From: Planctomycetota bacterium
GTDB lineage: Bacteria; Planctomycetota; UBA1135; UBA2386
Direction of reading: 5' to 3'
Length of the DNA stretch: 64,000 bases
Assembly (NCBI GenBank): GCA_965228735.1
Contig: OZ245838.1
Coordinates: forward strand, 6,816,001 to 6,880,000
The notes under the pieces are model-generated. The model was not told the DNA's origin and searched no databases. It worked only from the letters and a program-made list of their open reading frames with translations. The position numbers and the translations under genes are program-made. This document shows positions 33,952 to 43,930 of the stretch, piece by piece. Each line of letters starts with the position of its first letter. Position 1 is the stretch's first letter.

Positions 33952-34699
33952 GCACCTCCCCGACGCGGCGCCGTTCACGATCTGGCCCTCACGCCTCGCG
34001 GCGCAGGCGCCAGGGGACGCGAGCGCGCCGCATGCACACCACGCGATGCACCTCCTGCTCGCTAGGAGCGGAGACCTGCGGGTTCGCGAAGGGGGCGAAG
34101 TGCACTGCGCGCCCGGGGTGGTCACTGCTGCGGACGTCGAGCATGCGGTAGAGGCAGCCGGACGGGAAGTGGTGCTCGCATTCTGGGATCCCGAGTCGGA
34201 CGACGGCGCGAGCTTGCGCGCCACGTTCGAGGGCGGCGTGCGGCTGATCTCGGAGGCCGAACGACGCGCGTTGCTCGTCGACCTCCCCGAGGCCCCGGGG
34301 CGTGACGACCTCGACGCGTTCATGGCGCGCGCACGGGACACCCTCGCCGGGCCGACGTCGCGACCGCGCATGCACCCCGACGTGCGCGTGTTGCTGGAGT
34401 CACTGCGTGACGGCGCGGAGATCGACACCTCGCTCGAAGCGCTCGCCGCGCGCGTGAGCCTCTCGCCCTCGCGCCTGATGCACGTCTTCACCGAGTCGGT
34501 TGGCATCCCGCTGCGGCCCTATCTCCTGTGGCTGAAGCTGCAGCGCGCCGCGACGTCGATCGTGAACGGGGTGGGGCTCACGCAGGCGGCGATGGGGGCG
34601 GACTTCGCGGATGCGGCCCACATGAGCCGAACGTTCAAACGCATGTTCGGGATGACGCCCTCCGCGCTCCAACGGCGGAGCCGCCGCGCGTCGAGCTGA
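33950..34699 (+). CDS. AraC family transcriptional regulator
   Basis: Cupin-like HAHHAMHL; double HTH SLSPSRLMHVF...FADAAHMSRTFKRMFGMTPS. Confidence 0.92.
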   Translation: MHLPDAAPFTIWPSRLAAQAPGDASAPHAHHAMHLLLARSGDLRVREGGEVHCAPGVVTAADVEHAVEAAGREVVLAFWDPESDDGASLRATFEGGVRLISEAERRALLVDLPEAPGRDDLDAFMARARDTLAGPTSRPRMHPDVRVLLESLRDGAEIDTSLEALAARVSLSPSRLMHVFTESVGIPLRPYLLWLKLQRAATSIVNGVGLTQAAMGADFADAAHMSRTFKRMFGMTPSALQRRSRRASS

Positions 34700-34724
34700 A
34701 GCAACTCGCGAACCGGTCGCTGTC

Positions 34725-36875
34725 CTACTGCCGCTCCAGATCGACGATGACTTCGGTCGTTTCACCCTCGCGCACTTCGATGCGGCGCGGTGGGATCGGG
34801 CGGAACCGGCCCTTGCCGATGCCCTCGAAACTGATCTCGTACAGCCCTGGCGCGTCTGCTTCGAGCATCCAGTAGTTCAGGTAGCCGACGTTGCCTTCGT
34901 GTCCGATCGGGCGGACGGTCTTGGCGATTCCGTTGTAGATGCCTTCGTCGCGCGGAAGCGTGGCGCCGTCGACGCGGAAGTCGAACTTGATGGTGTAGCC
35001 CGGTCCGAGTTCGTAGCGGACGTGCTGGAGACCTCGGACGAGGTCGAGTTCCTGCTGGCGATGAGCCAGGCCCAGATCGTCCGGAAGCCGGTAGGTGCGC
35101 AGCAGCACCGGGCCGGGGGCGGCCCAGATGCGGAAGTGACCGGGTGAGCCATCGTATCGGGTGGCCTGGCGTTGGCTGCTGTGGTCGTGATGGATGCGGT
35201 CCGTCAGCTCCTCGCGGCTGGAGAACCGGATGATCTCGAGCGGGATCCGCTCACCCGTCTGGGCGTGTACGGTTTCGACTACCAGCTCGGCGAGCTCGGG
35301 AACCACGAACTCCAGGTCGTCGCGACCGCCCGTCGGAAGCTCGATCATCCAGTTCTTCTCGAACGGCATGAGCCGGACCTGGTAGCGGCCGACCGGCAGG
35401 CCTTCCAGACGGAACGCCCACGTCGGGAGCGCGCCCACCGCGGGCTCCATGTCGGCTAGCGTGATCTCGTAGTCGGGTTCGCCGTACTTGTAGTCCGACT
35501 TGTAGAGCCACAAGCGAACGTCTTTCTCGCCGCCGAACGTGGGAAACGAGAGCCTGCCGGCGAGGTTCGTCAGCTCCGGGGGCGCGGGTGAGTCGTCCAG
35601 CACCAGCATCACCTCGTGCTGCCTGCCGGCGACCAGCGTGATCTTCTCGCGCGCGAGCACGTGCCGCTTCCGCCATGAGAAGTCGTGGCCCAGCTCCACC
35701 GAGACGCTGTGCTCGCCCGGACTCAGATTCTCGATCCGGATCCCTTCGGCCGCGAGCGTCTCGTCGAGCTCTTGGCAGAACACACCATCCACATTCCCGT
35801 CCGGTCGGAGGCTCCCGACGCAGATCGTCGCCGGCTTGTCGAGCTTCGCGTACTCCCCGAGCTGCACGTTCGCGAACCGAACGTTCATCGTCGTGGCCGG
35901 TCCCAACAGCAGCTCGCGTTCGCTGCCCTTGCTGACGTCGATCACTATGCGGCCCCAGGCGTAGCCGGGGGCGCGCGCGTAGACCATCACTCCGCGCTCG
36001 TTCTCTTCGGGCTGCACGAGGTCGGTGGGCTCCGGTGCCTCGCCCGCCGTGGCCGGCCGCAGCGCGATGCCCGCGACGTGATCGTCGCGCTCCTTCGCCT
36101 TGCGCCCGCCGAGCAGCGCGATGGGGGAGCTCAGGCCGTCACCGAGCTTTGTGAAGATGTCGTCCGATCCAGGTTGCTGGTGCAAGCCCATGAACGCCGT
36201 CGGCACGCAGCGGAGCTCGACGTCTTCGAGGTGCTCCTTCGTGAACGCGTCCCGCACCGAGAGCGCGAACTCCGGCCAGAAGACGACCTCTGCGAACTGA
36301 ACGCGAGCTTCGTAGATGGTCTGGCCGTTGCTGGATTCGATGCCGGCGGTCGCCGGCACGCGGATCGTCTCGCGCAGGTACAGCGGATGTTCCACTGCGA
36401 CCTTCAGCTCGTCGAAACTCTGTTCCGGATACTGCGCCGCCACGGCCGCGAGGTACGAGTCGAGGCCGAACTCGCTCGTCGTACCCTGGCTCTGCCACGA
36501 CTCGCGGATGCGCGCGGTTCTCTGCTTGCCCTCGTCGTAGGTTCGGACCGTGATCCTTGCCTCGGCGGCGCTCTCGTCCGGCATCCCCTCGAGGATCACA
36601 CGCAGAACGTTCGTTCCGGCGGCCGCAGAGCCGGTCGACACCTCGGCGACCAGGATTCGCTCCGCGTCGTCCGCGGGGTTCCGCTGCGAGGCGTCGGTGG
36701 CCCGCTCGGCGGCCGCCGTTACACCGGTCTCCAGGGGCGCGATGGACGGCGATGTCGCCGGTGCGTCGCCGGGTAGCGGGCCAGCCGGAATGGCGTCGGT
36801 CCGTGTGAGCCACCAGCAGCCGGCGGCACCGACTGCGATCACGACGGCGACCGCGATGAGATGAGAGCGTTGCAT
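34725..36875 (-). CDS. Membrane-anchored beta-sandwich protein (carboxypeptidase regulatory-like domains)
   Basis: N-terminal TM anchor; repeated IENLSPGEHSV, LEGLPVGRYQV, APGLYEI motifs. Confidence 0.65.
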   Translation of the reverse strand: MQRSHLIAVAVVIAVGAAGCWWLTRTDAIPAGPLPGDAPATSPSIAPLETGVTAAAERATDASQRNPADDAERILVAEVSTGSAAAGTNVLRVILEGMPDESAAEARITVRTYDEGKQRTARIRESWQSQGTTSEFGLDSYLAAVAAQYPEQSFDELKVAVEHPLYLRETIRVPATAGIESSNGQTIYEARVQFAEVVFWPEFALSVRDAFTKEHLEDVELRCVPTAFMGLHQQPGSDDIFTKLGDGLSSPIALLGGRKAKERDDHVAGIALRPATAGEAPEPTDLVQPEENERGVMVYARAPGYAWGRIVIDVSKGSERELLLGPATTMNVRFANVQLGEYAKLDKPATICVGSLRPDGNVDGVFCQELDETLAAEGIRIENLSPGEHSVSVELGHDFSWRKRHVLAREKITLVAGRQHEVMLVLDDSPAPPELTNLAGRLSFPTFGGEKDVRLWLYKSDYKYGEPDYEITLADMEPAVGALPTWAFRLEGLPVGRYQVRLMPFEKNWMIELPTGGRDDLEFVVPELAELVVETVHAQTGERIPLEIIRFSSREELTDRIHHDHSSQRQATRYDGSPGHFRIWAAPGPVLLRTYRLPDDLGLAHRQQELDLVRGLQHVRYELGPGYTIKFDFRVDGATLPRDEGIYNGIAKTVRPIGHEGNVGYLNYWMLEADAPGLYEISFEGIGKGRFRPIPPRRIEVREGETTEVIVDLERQ

Positions 36876-37150
36876 GGCGAAACGGGCGCTGGCGAGGCTC
36901 TGGCAATGATGCCGGACGACGGCTTCGACGGGGCAGAACTCCCGCAAGCCGGCCGAGGTCGAGTCGTGGCAGCGCCCCGTTCGGTTCGATGTCTCGCAGC
37001 TGAACCGCCCCGGCGTTCCCGGAGGCTCCTCCGTAGCTTGCGACGAGCCGCGCGCGGCGCGTTCGCGGCCCGCTCCCTGACACCAACGCCACGGACGAAC
37101 GCCAAGATCGCACTCAGCGGGCGGCGACGTCCGCTAAAATAGCGGCTTCG

Positions 37151-40100
37151 ATGACCAGTCGAGGTCGAACGTCCGCGGGTTGCACGCCAGTCGTCACGGT
37201 GCTGGTCGCACTGTTCGCCGGGCCGGCCAGCGCGCAGTCGCGCGACTTCCCGGTCTATCGCGCGCCGCTGCAGGCGTTCGAGCCGGGCGAGGGGCTCGCC
37301 GGCCTCGCGCAGACGTCCGACGGCTTCCTGTGGACGGCGACGAGGCGCGCGCTGCTGCGTTTCGACGGCGTCGAGACGCGCCGCTTCACGCCTGCAGGCG
37401 AGCAGCTGGCGGGCATCACGTTCCTGCCGCGCTGGCTGGCCAGGAGCCGCGACGACCGCCTCTGGCTGCCGTCCGCCGCCGGCCTCGTCGCCTTCGACCC
37501 CGTGCGCGAGACGTTCACGCGGTACCGGCCGAAGGCCGCCGCGCCGTCGCGCGAACAGCTCCGCGTCGGCGCCGTCGTCGAGGACGCGCACGGCGGCATC
37601 TGGGCGTGCACGGGCGCCGGCATCGCGCGCGTGGATCCGACGACGCGCACGTTCGAGGTCCGCCACGTCCTCGACCGGGGTTCGCTGGGCCAGCTCGCAC
37701 CCGCCGCCGAGCCGCGGCCCCCACGCTACGACTACGCGCAACGGGCCGTGCGCGGTCCCGGCGGGCAGCTCTGGATCGGCACGCACTACGGCGTATGCCG
37801 CTTCGATCCCGACAGCGGCCGCTCGCGGCGGTTGTTCCTGCAGGAGCCGGGGCAGCCGTGCGCCGTCGGTGGGATTGCGTTCGCGCGCAGCGGTCTGTTG
37901 TGGGTCGGCACGGCCGCAGGGCTGTACTGCGTCGACCCGCGCGCCTTCACGGCGCAGCGCGTCGAGTCGACCCGCCACCTGCACGTCACCGATCTCGGCG
38001 TCGATGCCGCAGATCGGGTCTGGGTCTCGACCGTCCAGCGTTCGCTGCAGGTGCGGGACAGCGAGGGGCGGCTGCTGAGCCGCCTGCGCCTGGACGGGGT
38101 TCCGGTCTCGACCGCGCTGCCGCGCGCGCGCGCCACGCGATTCCGCCCGACGGACGCGCGGATCGCGATCCGCAGCCCGGCCGTGCGCAACGTGCTCCAC
38201 GATCGCGCCGGGCGCGTGTGGGCGGTGAACCCGGCCGGGCTGTGGAGCGGGGACATCGCCACCGGGTTCGAGACCTATCGCGTCCCCGGGATCGCCGACG
38301 AGGTCGCGAGCCACGGACTGTCCGCATGGTCGGACTCCGACGGCACCATGTGGTTCGGCTGCAACCAGACCGGCCTGCACCGGATCGCGGCGGACGGGCT
38401 CTCGGTCGAGCAGGTGTTCGTCGACGCGCACTCCCGGCGCGGCAACGTCTGGGCATGCCGGCGCGACGCGCGCGGCGACCTGTGGTTCTCGGACTCGGCC
38501 AAGCTGCTGCGCATGCGCGAGCCCGCGACGTTCGAGACCGCGACGTTCGCGCCGCGGCCGTCGTTGGTCTCGGGCCTGCACGAAGACGCCAGCGGCAAAC
38601 TGCTCGCCGTCGCCCGGATCGACGGCGAGGACTGCATCTGCGTGTACGGCCTCGATGCGTTGCGCTGGGCGCCGGTCGAACACCTGGCGTGGGACGCCGC
38701 CACCGCGCCGACCGCCGGCGAGTGGTTCTGCGGCACGTCGGCGATGCTGCTCTGGGATGCGGGCGCGCGACGGGCGCACCGGTTGCCGCTCGCCGCGCTC
38801 CCGCCGGACTGCCGCGTGCGCGAGCCCAGTTGCTGCGGCGACGGCGCGGGCGGCTTCTGGCTGCTGGGGCACCGCGATTTGCACCACTTCGAGGCGAGCA
38901 CCGGTCGGCCCCGTTCGGTGCCGTCCCTGCAGCGTCTCCTGGCGCAGGGCGGACGTCCGACGTCCATCACCCGCGGACCGAACGGCACACTGTGGCTGTT
39001 CACGGCGCGGTCGGCGTTCGCGTTCGACCCGCTGGACGAGGCGTGGCGCTCGTTCGGGGGCGCGCACGGGCTGCCGGACACCGAGATCCATGCGAGCCGA
39101 CGGACCCCGTCGGGCCATATCGTGCTCGCGACCGACGAAGGCGTCGTGCGCTTCGACCCCGAGGAGGTGCTGCGGTCAGCGCCAGCTCCCGACCCGATGC
39201 TGCTCGAGACGCGCGTCGCGGGCGAGCCCGTCCAACGGGGCCCGCTCGAGCTCGGCTACCGCCAGGACCTGGTCTCGTTCCGGTTCGCCGCCGTTCTCGA
39301 ACGCGAGCCGCGTTGGCTCGAGTACTCGTTCCGGCTCGACGGGATCGACGCCGACTGGCGATCGAACGGCAGCCACCGCGAGCTCACGTTCGCCAACCTC
39401 CCGGCGGGTCGCTACCGGCTGATCGCGCGCGCGCGGCGGACCGGCGAGGCGTGGTCGGCCGAACGCGGCCTGGCGGAGCTCGTCATCCACCCGCCGTGGT
39501 GGGGGAACGGCTGGTTTCGCGCGGCCATTGTGATCGCCGCGGCGCTCACGCTGCTCGGCTTCTACCGGCTGCGCACGCGTGCGATGCGCGAGCGCGCCGC
39601 GGCGCTGCAGCTGAAGAACGAGCTGCAGTCGCAGCTCGCGGAGTCGCGCCGGCTCGAGTCGCTCGGACGGCTGGCCGGCGGCGTGTCGCACGACTTCAAC
39701 AACATCATGACGGCGCTGCTCGGACATTCGGAGCTGCTCGAGCTCGCGGTCGAAGGGGCGCCCGCGGCGGCGATGGCGGAGGTCCAGGAGATCCGCCGTT
39801 CGTGCGACCGCGCGACGGAGCTGACCCGACAGCTGCTCGCGTTCAGCCGCCGTCAGGTCCAGGTGCCGAGCGTGTTCGATCCGGGGCCCGTGCTGCGGCA
39901 GCTGGTGCCGATGGTCCGGCGGCTGATCCCGTCCGGCATCGAGCTCACGATCGACGTTCCCGAAGGGCTCGGCCGGATCCGGGCCGATCGCGGCCAGCTC
40001 GAGCAGGTCGTCGTCAACCTCGTCACCAACGCGCGCGACGCGCTGCCGAACGGCGGACGGATCGCGATCCAGCTGACGACGCGCGACCTCGACCGGGCCC

Positions 40101-40783
40101 ACGTCGCGCAGCATCCGGACGCGCGCGAAGGGCCGCACCTGGTCGTCTCTGTCACCGACAACGGCCAGGGCATTCCCTCCGAGCTGCTGCCGCACGTGTT
40201 CGAGCCGTTCTTCACGACCAAGCCGTTGGACCGCGGCACCGGGCTCGGCCTGGCGTCGGCCTTCGGCATCGTGCACCAGTCCGGCGGCCACATCACGGTC
40301 ACCAGCCGCGTTGGCGAAGGCACCGAGTTCGGCGTGCACTTCCCGATGTGCGCGGCGCCGGCGAGCCCGATGCCCGAGCGCGCGGCGACGCCCGTGCCCG
40401 ACGTCGCGTCGGCCGAGCGGACGGTGCTGCTCTGCGACGACGACCCGGCGATCGTCGAGATGGCGACGCGCGCGCTCACCCGCCACGGCTACCGGGTCGT
40501 TTCCGCCAGTTCGCCACGGATCGCGCTCGAACTGGTTCGCGAGCAGGGCGTCGAAGTCGACCTGCTGGTCACCGACCTCGTGATGCCCGGCATGCGCGGC
40601 GGCGATCTCGCGCGCGCGATCCGCGAACACCACCCGGAGCTGCCCGTGCTGTTCATCTCGGGCTACAGCGAAGAGGACCTGCCGGAGCTCGACGACGACC
40701 TCGCGACCGACTTCCTGGCGAAGCCGTTCTCGGGCAGCCAGATCGCCGAGCGCCTCGTCGGGTTGATGGCCGCGGCCGAGTAG
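37151..40783 (+). CDS. Hybrid sensor histidine kinase (beta-propeller + Y_Y_Y, HisKA, HATPase, REC)
   Basis: Repeated G.LW.GT blades; YSFRLDGID..W, NLPAGRY; TM; HDFNN; NARDA; DNGQG; FFTTK; GTGLGL; TDLVMPG. Confidence 0.93.
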   Translation: MTSRGRTSAGCTPVVTVLVALFAGPASAQSRDFPVYRAPLQAFEPGEGLAGLAQTSDGFLWTATRRALLRFDGVETRRFTPAGEQLAGITFLPRWLARSRDDRLWLPSAAGLVAFDPVRETFTRYRPKAAAPSREQLRVGAVVEDAHGGIWACTGAGIARVDPTTRTFEVRHVLDRGSLGQLAPAAEPRPPRYDYAQRAVRGPGGQLWIGTHYGVCRFDPDSGRSRRLFLQEPGQPCAVGGIAFARSGLLWVGTAAGLYCVDPRAFTAQRVESTRHLHVTDLGVDAADRVWVSTVQRSLQVRDSEGRLLSRLRLDGVPVSTALPRARATRFRPTDARIAIRSPAVRNVLHDRAGRVWAVNPAGLWSGDIATGFETYRVPGIADEVASHGLSAWSDSDGTMWFGCNQTGLHRIAADGLSVEQVFVDAHSRRGNVWACRRDARGDLWFSDSAKLLRMREPATFETATFAPRPSLVSGLHEDASGKLLAVARIDGEDCICVYGLDALRWAPVEHLAWDAATAPTAGEWFCGTSAMLLWDAGARRAHRLPLAALPPDCRVREPSCCGDGAGGFWLLGHRDLHHFEASTGRPRSVPSLQRLLAQGGRPTSITRGPNGTLWLFTARSAFAFDPLDEAWRSFGGAHGLPDTEIHASRRTPSGHIVLATDEGVVRFDPEEVLRSAPAPDPMLLETRVAGEPVQRGPLELGYRQDLVSFRFAAVLEREPRWLEYSFRLDGIDADWRSNGSHRELTFANLPAGRYRLIARARRTGEAWSAERGLAELVIHPPWWGNGWFRAAIVIAAALTLLGFYRLRTRAMRERAAALQLKNELQSQLAESRRLESLGRLAGGVSHDFNNIMTALLGHSELLELAVEGAPAAAMAEVQEIRRSCDRATELTRQLLAFSRRQVQVPSVFDPGPVLRQLVPMVRRLIPSGIELTIDVPEGLGRIRADRGQLEQVVVNLVTNARDALPNGGRIAIQLTTRDLDRAHVAQHPDAREGPHLVVSVTDNGQGIPSELLPHVFEPFFTTKPLDRGTGLGLASAFGIVHQSGGHITVTSRVGEGTEFGVHFPMCAAPASPMPERAATPVPDVASAERTVLLCDDDPAIVEMATRALTRHGYRVVSASSPRIALELVREQGVEVDLLVTDLVMPGMRGGDLARAIREHHPELPVLFISGYSEEDLPELDDDLATDFLAKPFSGSQIAERLVGLMAAAE

Positions 40784-40848
40784 CGGAGGCGCGCGCGCAA
40801 TCGAGGCCAGAGACGAGGAGGCGCGCAAGAGCAGCGTCTGCCGCCGCG

Positions 40849-41463
40849 CTATTGGCTCGCCCGGAGACTCTCCGGGCCGTAGCCGTCGACGAACCGCCCC
40901 GTGCCGCGGTACTTGCCCCAGAACGGGCCCCAGCCCCAGCCCCGATAGTACGGGTCGTGATCGAGCGGGTTGCGGGGTGCCCGGAAGCGCTCGAACTCGG
41001 TATCCTGGGTGGCGACGTCGATCCCGCCCGCGACGATGGAGTGGCGAATGGCGAAGTCCGGAACGTCGAGGGCGCTCGTGGCGTTGCGCGCTGCGAACCA
41101 CATGTCGACGCGCCTGGTCTCGCCTGGCGGCACGACCGTCGAGCCCTCGCTCCGCGCGAGCTCGAGCGCGTCGGACGTCGAACGAACGTCGCCGAGCTCG
41201 ACCGCGGTCGCGCCGGTGTTCTGCAACTCGAAGCCGACGTGTACCTCGACCCGGTAGTCCTCGGAGCCGCCCACCGTACGTTCGCCGTTGGCGCCGTCCG
41301 ACCAGACCCAGACCCTGCCCGCGACGTCGCTCGCACCGAACGGATACACCGACGCGGGCACACCGCCCGGCCCGGTGGCGTTCCTCGGCTCGCTCGGCAC
41401 GAAGTAGCGGACATCCACGCAACCGTTGAGTGACAGCAGGAGCGCCAGTGCCAGGATTCGCAT
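40849..41463 (-). CDS. Hypothetical lipoprotein
   Basis: MRILALALLLSLNGC lipobox; aromatic Gly-rich tail. Confidence 0.7.
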   Translation of the reverse strand: MRILALALLLSLNGCVDVRYFVPSEPRNATGPGGVPASVYPFGASDVAGRVWVWSDGANGERTVGGSEDYRVEVHVGFELQNTGATAVELGDVRSTSDALELARSEGSTVVPPGETRRVDMWFAARNATSALDVPDFAIRHSIVAGGIDVATQDTEFERFRAPRNPLDHDPYYRGWGWGPFWGKYRGTGRFVDGYGPESLRASQ

Positions 41464-41656
41464 GCCCCATGATTGGTGCACGATTACGCGCCAGGCAAGC
41501 CCCCCGGCCCCGGAACCGCGCGCCGGCCGACCGGCACGTGCCTTCGGCAGCCGGAGTTACGGACCACGACCGGCGTCGCGCTGTCGGCGGTTCGGCACGC
41601 CAGCAGCATCCGGCGCGATGCTGGTGGCCGCGCTCTGGTCTAGTGTTACCCCAGAC

Positions 41657-42808
41657 ATGCTCAACGGATTCCGTGCACCCACAGCGACCTCGATCTCGGC
41701 GGGATGTTCACTGCAGGCGGCCGACGTTCTGCTCGCGCACGGGATCAAGCGCGTTCTCGTCGTCACGGACCAAGGGGTGCGCGCGACCGGTGCCTTCGCC
41801 GGCTTCGCCAAAGGCCTCGGTTCGAGCTCGCTCGAGGTCGTGATCGACGATGGTGTCGAGAGCAATCCGCGCATCGCAACGGCGCAGCGGTTGGGCGAAC
41901 GCGCCCGCGAAGGCGGATTCGAGGGCATCGTCGGGATCGGTGGTGGCAGTGTGCTGGACGCAGCGAAGGCCGGCGCGATGCTCGCGACGAACCCTGGGCC
42001 CGCCGCAGCGTTCGTCGGCAAGAACCTCTTCACCAAACCTCCTCTGCCTTTCATCGCTCTCCCGACAACCTGCGGCACCGGCAGTGAGGTCACCTGGGTC
42101 AGCGTCCTCAGCGACCCTGATCGCGAAGTCAAGGTCAGCATCAAGGGCGACGGCATGTTCCCGAACGCCGCCCTCGTCGACCCCGACCTGCTGGCCGAGC
42201 TCCCGGCGCACTTGATCGCGACCACCGGCCTCGACGCCCTGACCCACGCGATCGAGGCCGTCACGGTGTCTTGTCGCAACCCCGTTTCCGATGCGCTCGG
42301 TACGGCCGCAATCGGCCTGCTCCTCGACTGGCTGCCCCGCGCTGTTCAAGAGCGCGAGGCGAGCGCCCTCTTCCAGGTGGCGCGCGCCTCGACCCTTGCC
42401 GGCATGGCGTTCGGCAACTCGGACGTCGGAGCCGTGCACTGCCTCTCCGAGAGCATCGGCGGACTGCACGACCTGCCGCACGGCCTCCTCAACGCGGCGC
42501 TCCTGATCCCGGTCTTCGAGGCCCATGGCGAAGCCGTCGTCGAGCCTCTGGCCGCGGTCCAGCGCGTGCTCGAGCCAGGCAACGAGGCAGCGCCACATGA
42601 GCTTGCCGCCCGGTTGCTGGGCACGATCCGCGACCTGGCTCGGACCATCGGCATCCCGCGATTCTCGCAACTCGCGGTGCCCCGGGCCGACTACGACCGA
42701 CTCGCCGAGCTCGCCGTGCAGAACGGGTCGAACGACTCCAACCCGCGCCCGATGCGCGCCGCGGAGTACCGCCGGATCCTGGATCGTGCGGGCGCGGCCC
42801 CTGCTTGA
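41657..42808 (+). CDS. Iron-containing alcohol dehydrogenase
   Basis: GGGSVLD.AK, PTTCGTGSEVT, DALTHAIE, VHCL, HGLLNA. Confidence 0.93.
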   Translation: MLNGFRAPTATSISAGCSLQAADVLLAHGIKRVLVVTDQGVRATGAFAGFAKGLGSSSLEVVIDDGVESNPRIATAQRLGERAREGGFEGIVGIGGGSVLDAAKAGAMLATNPGPAAAFVGKNLFTKPPLPFIALPTTCGTGSEVTWVSVLSDPDREVKVSIKGDGMFPNAALVDPDLLAELPAHLIATTGLDALTHAIEAVTVSCRNPVSDALGTAAIGLLLDWLPRAVQEREASALFQVARASTLAGMAFGNSDVGAVHCLSESIGGLHDLPHGLLNAALLIPVFEAHGEAVVEPLAAVQRVLEPGNEAAPHELAARLLGTIRDLARTIGIPRFSQLAVPRADYDRLAELAVQNGSNDSNPRPMRAAEYRRILDRAGAAPA

Positions 42809-42872
42809 TGCGGTCGGCGAGCACGGCACGTTCGCCTGCTGCGGTTCGTCGCCGACCCTCGATCGGATCTCC

Positions 42873-43634
42873 TCAGTCGGGTTCGTCGTCCCCGGACTCC
42901 CGCCGCTTTGCGAAGAACTCCTCGAACGACATCCCGGGTTTCGGCTTCTGCGCGCGCAGCGCCCGCAACGCCGCCGGGCCGCCCGCCGATTCTGCGCCCG
43001 AACCCGCCCCGGCTTTCGCGGCCGGCCACTCGTGCCAGCCGGCGAATCGCTGCGGCGAACGCCCGCCGGTCTTGACCTGATGCAGTTCGAGCGCCCCGTC
43101 GACGAGCAGCACCACTTCTCGCGTGCTGCCGCGACACACCAGGATCTCGTCGTAGAGCATCGAGCCCAGATCGGCGCGGATCCGGTCGCGCACCTCGGGG
43201 TCGGGCAGGTCGAAGTCGTCGAGATCAGGACAGGCGCCCTGCGCCCGGGCCCACGTGAGCCAAGGCGCCGTGTCGTAGAGCCCGAACGCGACCTCCGGCA
43301 TGCGAAATCGCGGCGGTACCCCGCCGCACGCAACCGCGTGGTCGGTGAACGTTGCCGGCAGCTGCACGTCGTGGCACTCGACGTAGTGCGGCAGCCCCTC
43401 GGGCCAGACCCAGCGACCGTCGGTGTAGTCGCCGGCACCAGTGTGCACGATCCCGCAGTCGAAACGACAGAACGACGGCTCCGGAAACCGTGTCAGTTCC
43501 CGTCCCGCGCGCAGGTACTCGAGCACCGCGCTGCGCGGTTCCTGATCCCAGACGCCCACCAGCGCCTGCGGCCGCGGGAGCGTCTTCGGCGCGTGCGGGT
43601 TGAACCAGTGGCCGAGCACCTCGAGTCGCTGCAT
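42873..43634 (-). CDS. Hypothetical protein
   Basis: Conserved-looking CRFDCG...TDGRWVWPEGLPHYVECHDVQLP; start uncertain (43634 or 43682). Confidence 0.65.
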   Translation of the reverse strand: MQRLEVLGHWFNPHAPKTLPRPQALVGVWDQEPRSAVLEYLRAGRELTRFPEPSFCRFDCGIVHTGAGDYTDGRWVWPEGLPHYVECHDVQLPATFTDHAVACGGVPPRFRMPEVAFGLYDTAPWLTWARAQGACPDLDDFDLPDPEVRDRIRADLGSMLYDEILVCRGSTREVVLLVDGALELHQVKTGGRSPQRFAGWHEWPAAKAGAGSGAESAGGPAALRALRAQKPKPGMSFEEFFAKRRESGDDEPD

Positions 43635-43930
43635 GAACGCGTCACCGTAGCGGATGCGGGGCCCGGCGCGTTCTACGACCAACGTGATTCGGCCACGAGC
43701 TGTGACCCATGACGAAGGGCGTCCGGACCGCGGTCGCGGCCTTGCAGGTCGCGGCGCGCGACGGCATCGACGGGCCGGTCGTCACGATCGGATGCGACAG
43801 TTGGGATCGCTACCGCGGGCAACCGTGGCTCGCGGGGTTGCCCGCCGAGTGAGACCCGGCGTGATGCAGGAGTCGAGCATGACCAGGCCAGTAGGATGCG
43901 CCTGCGCGCGGCTTGCGGCATGATGCGCCG

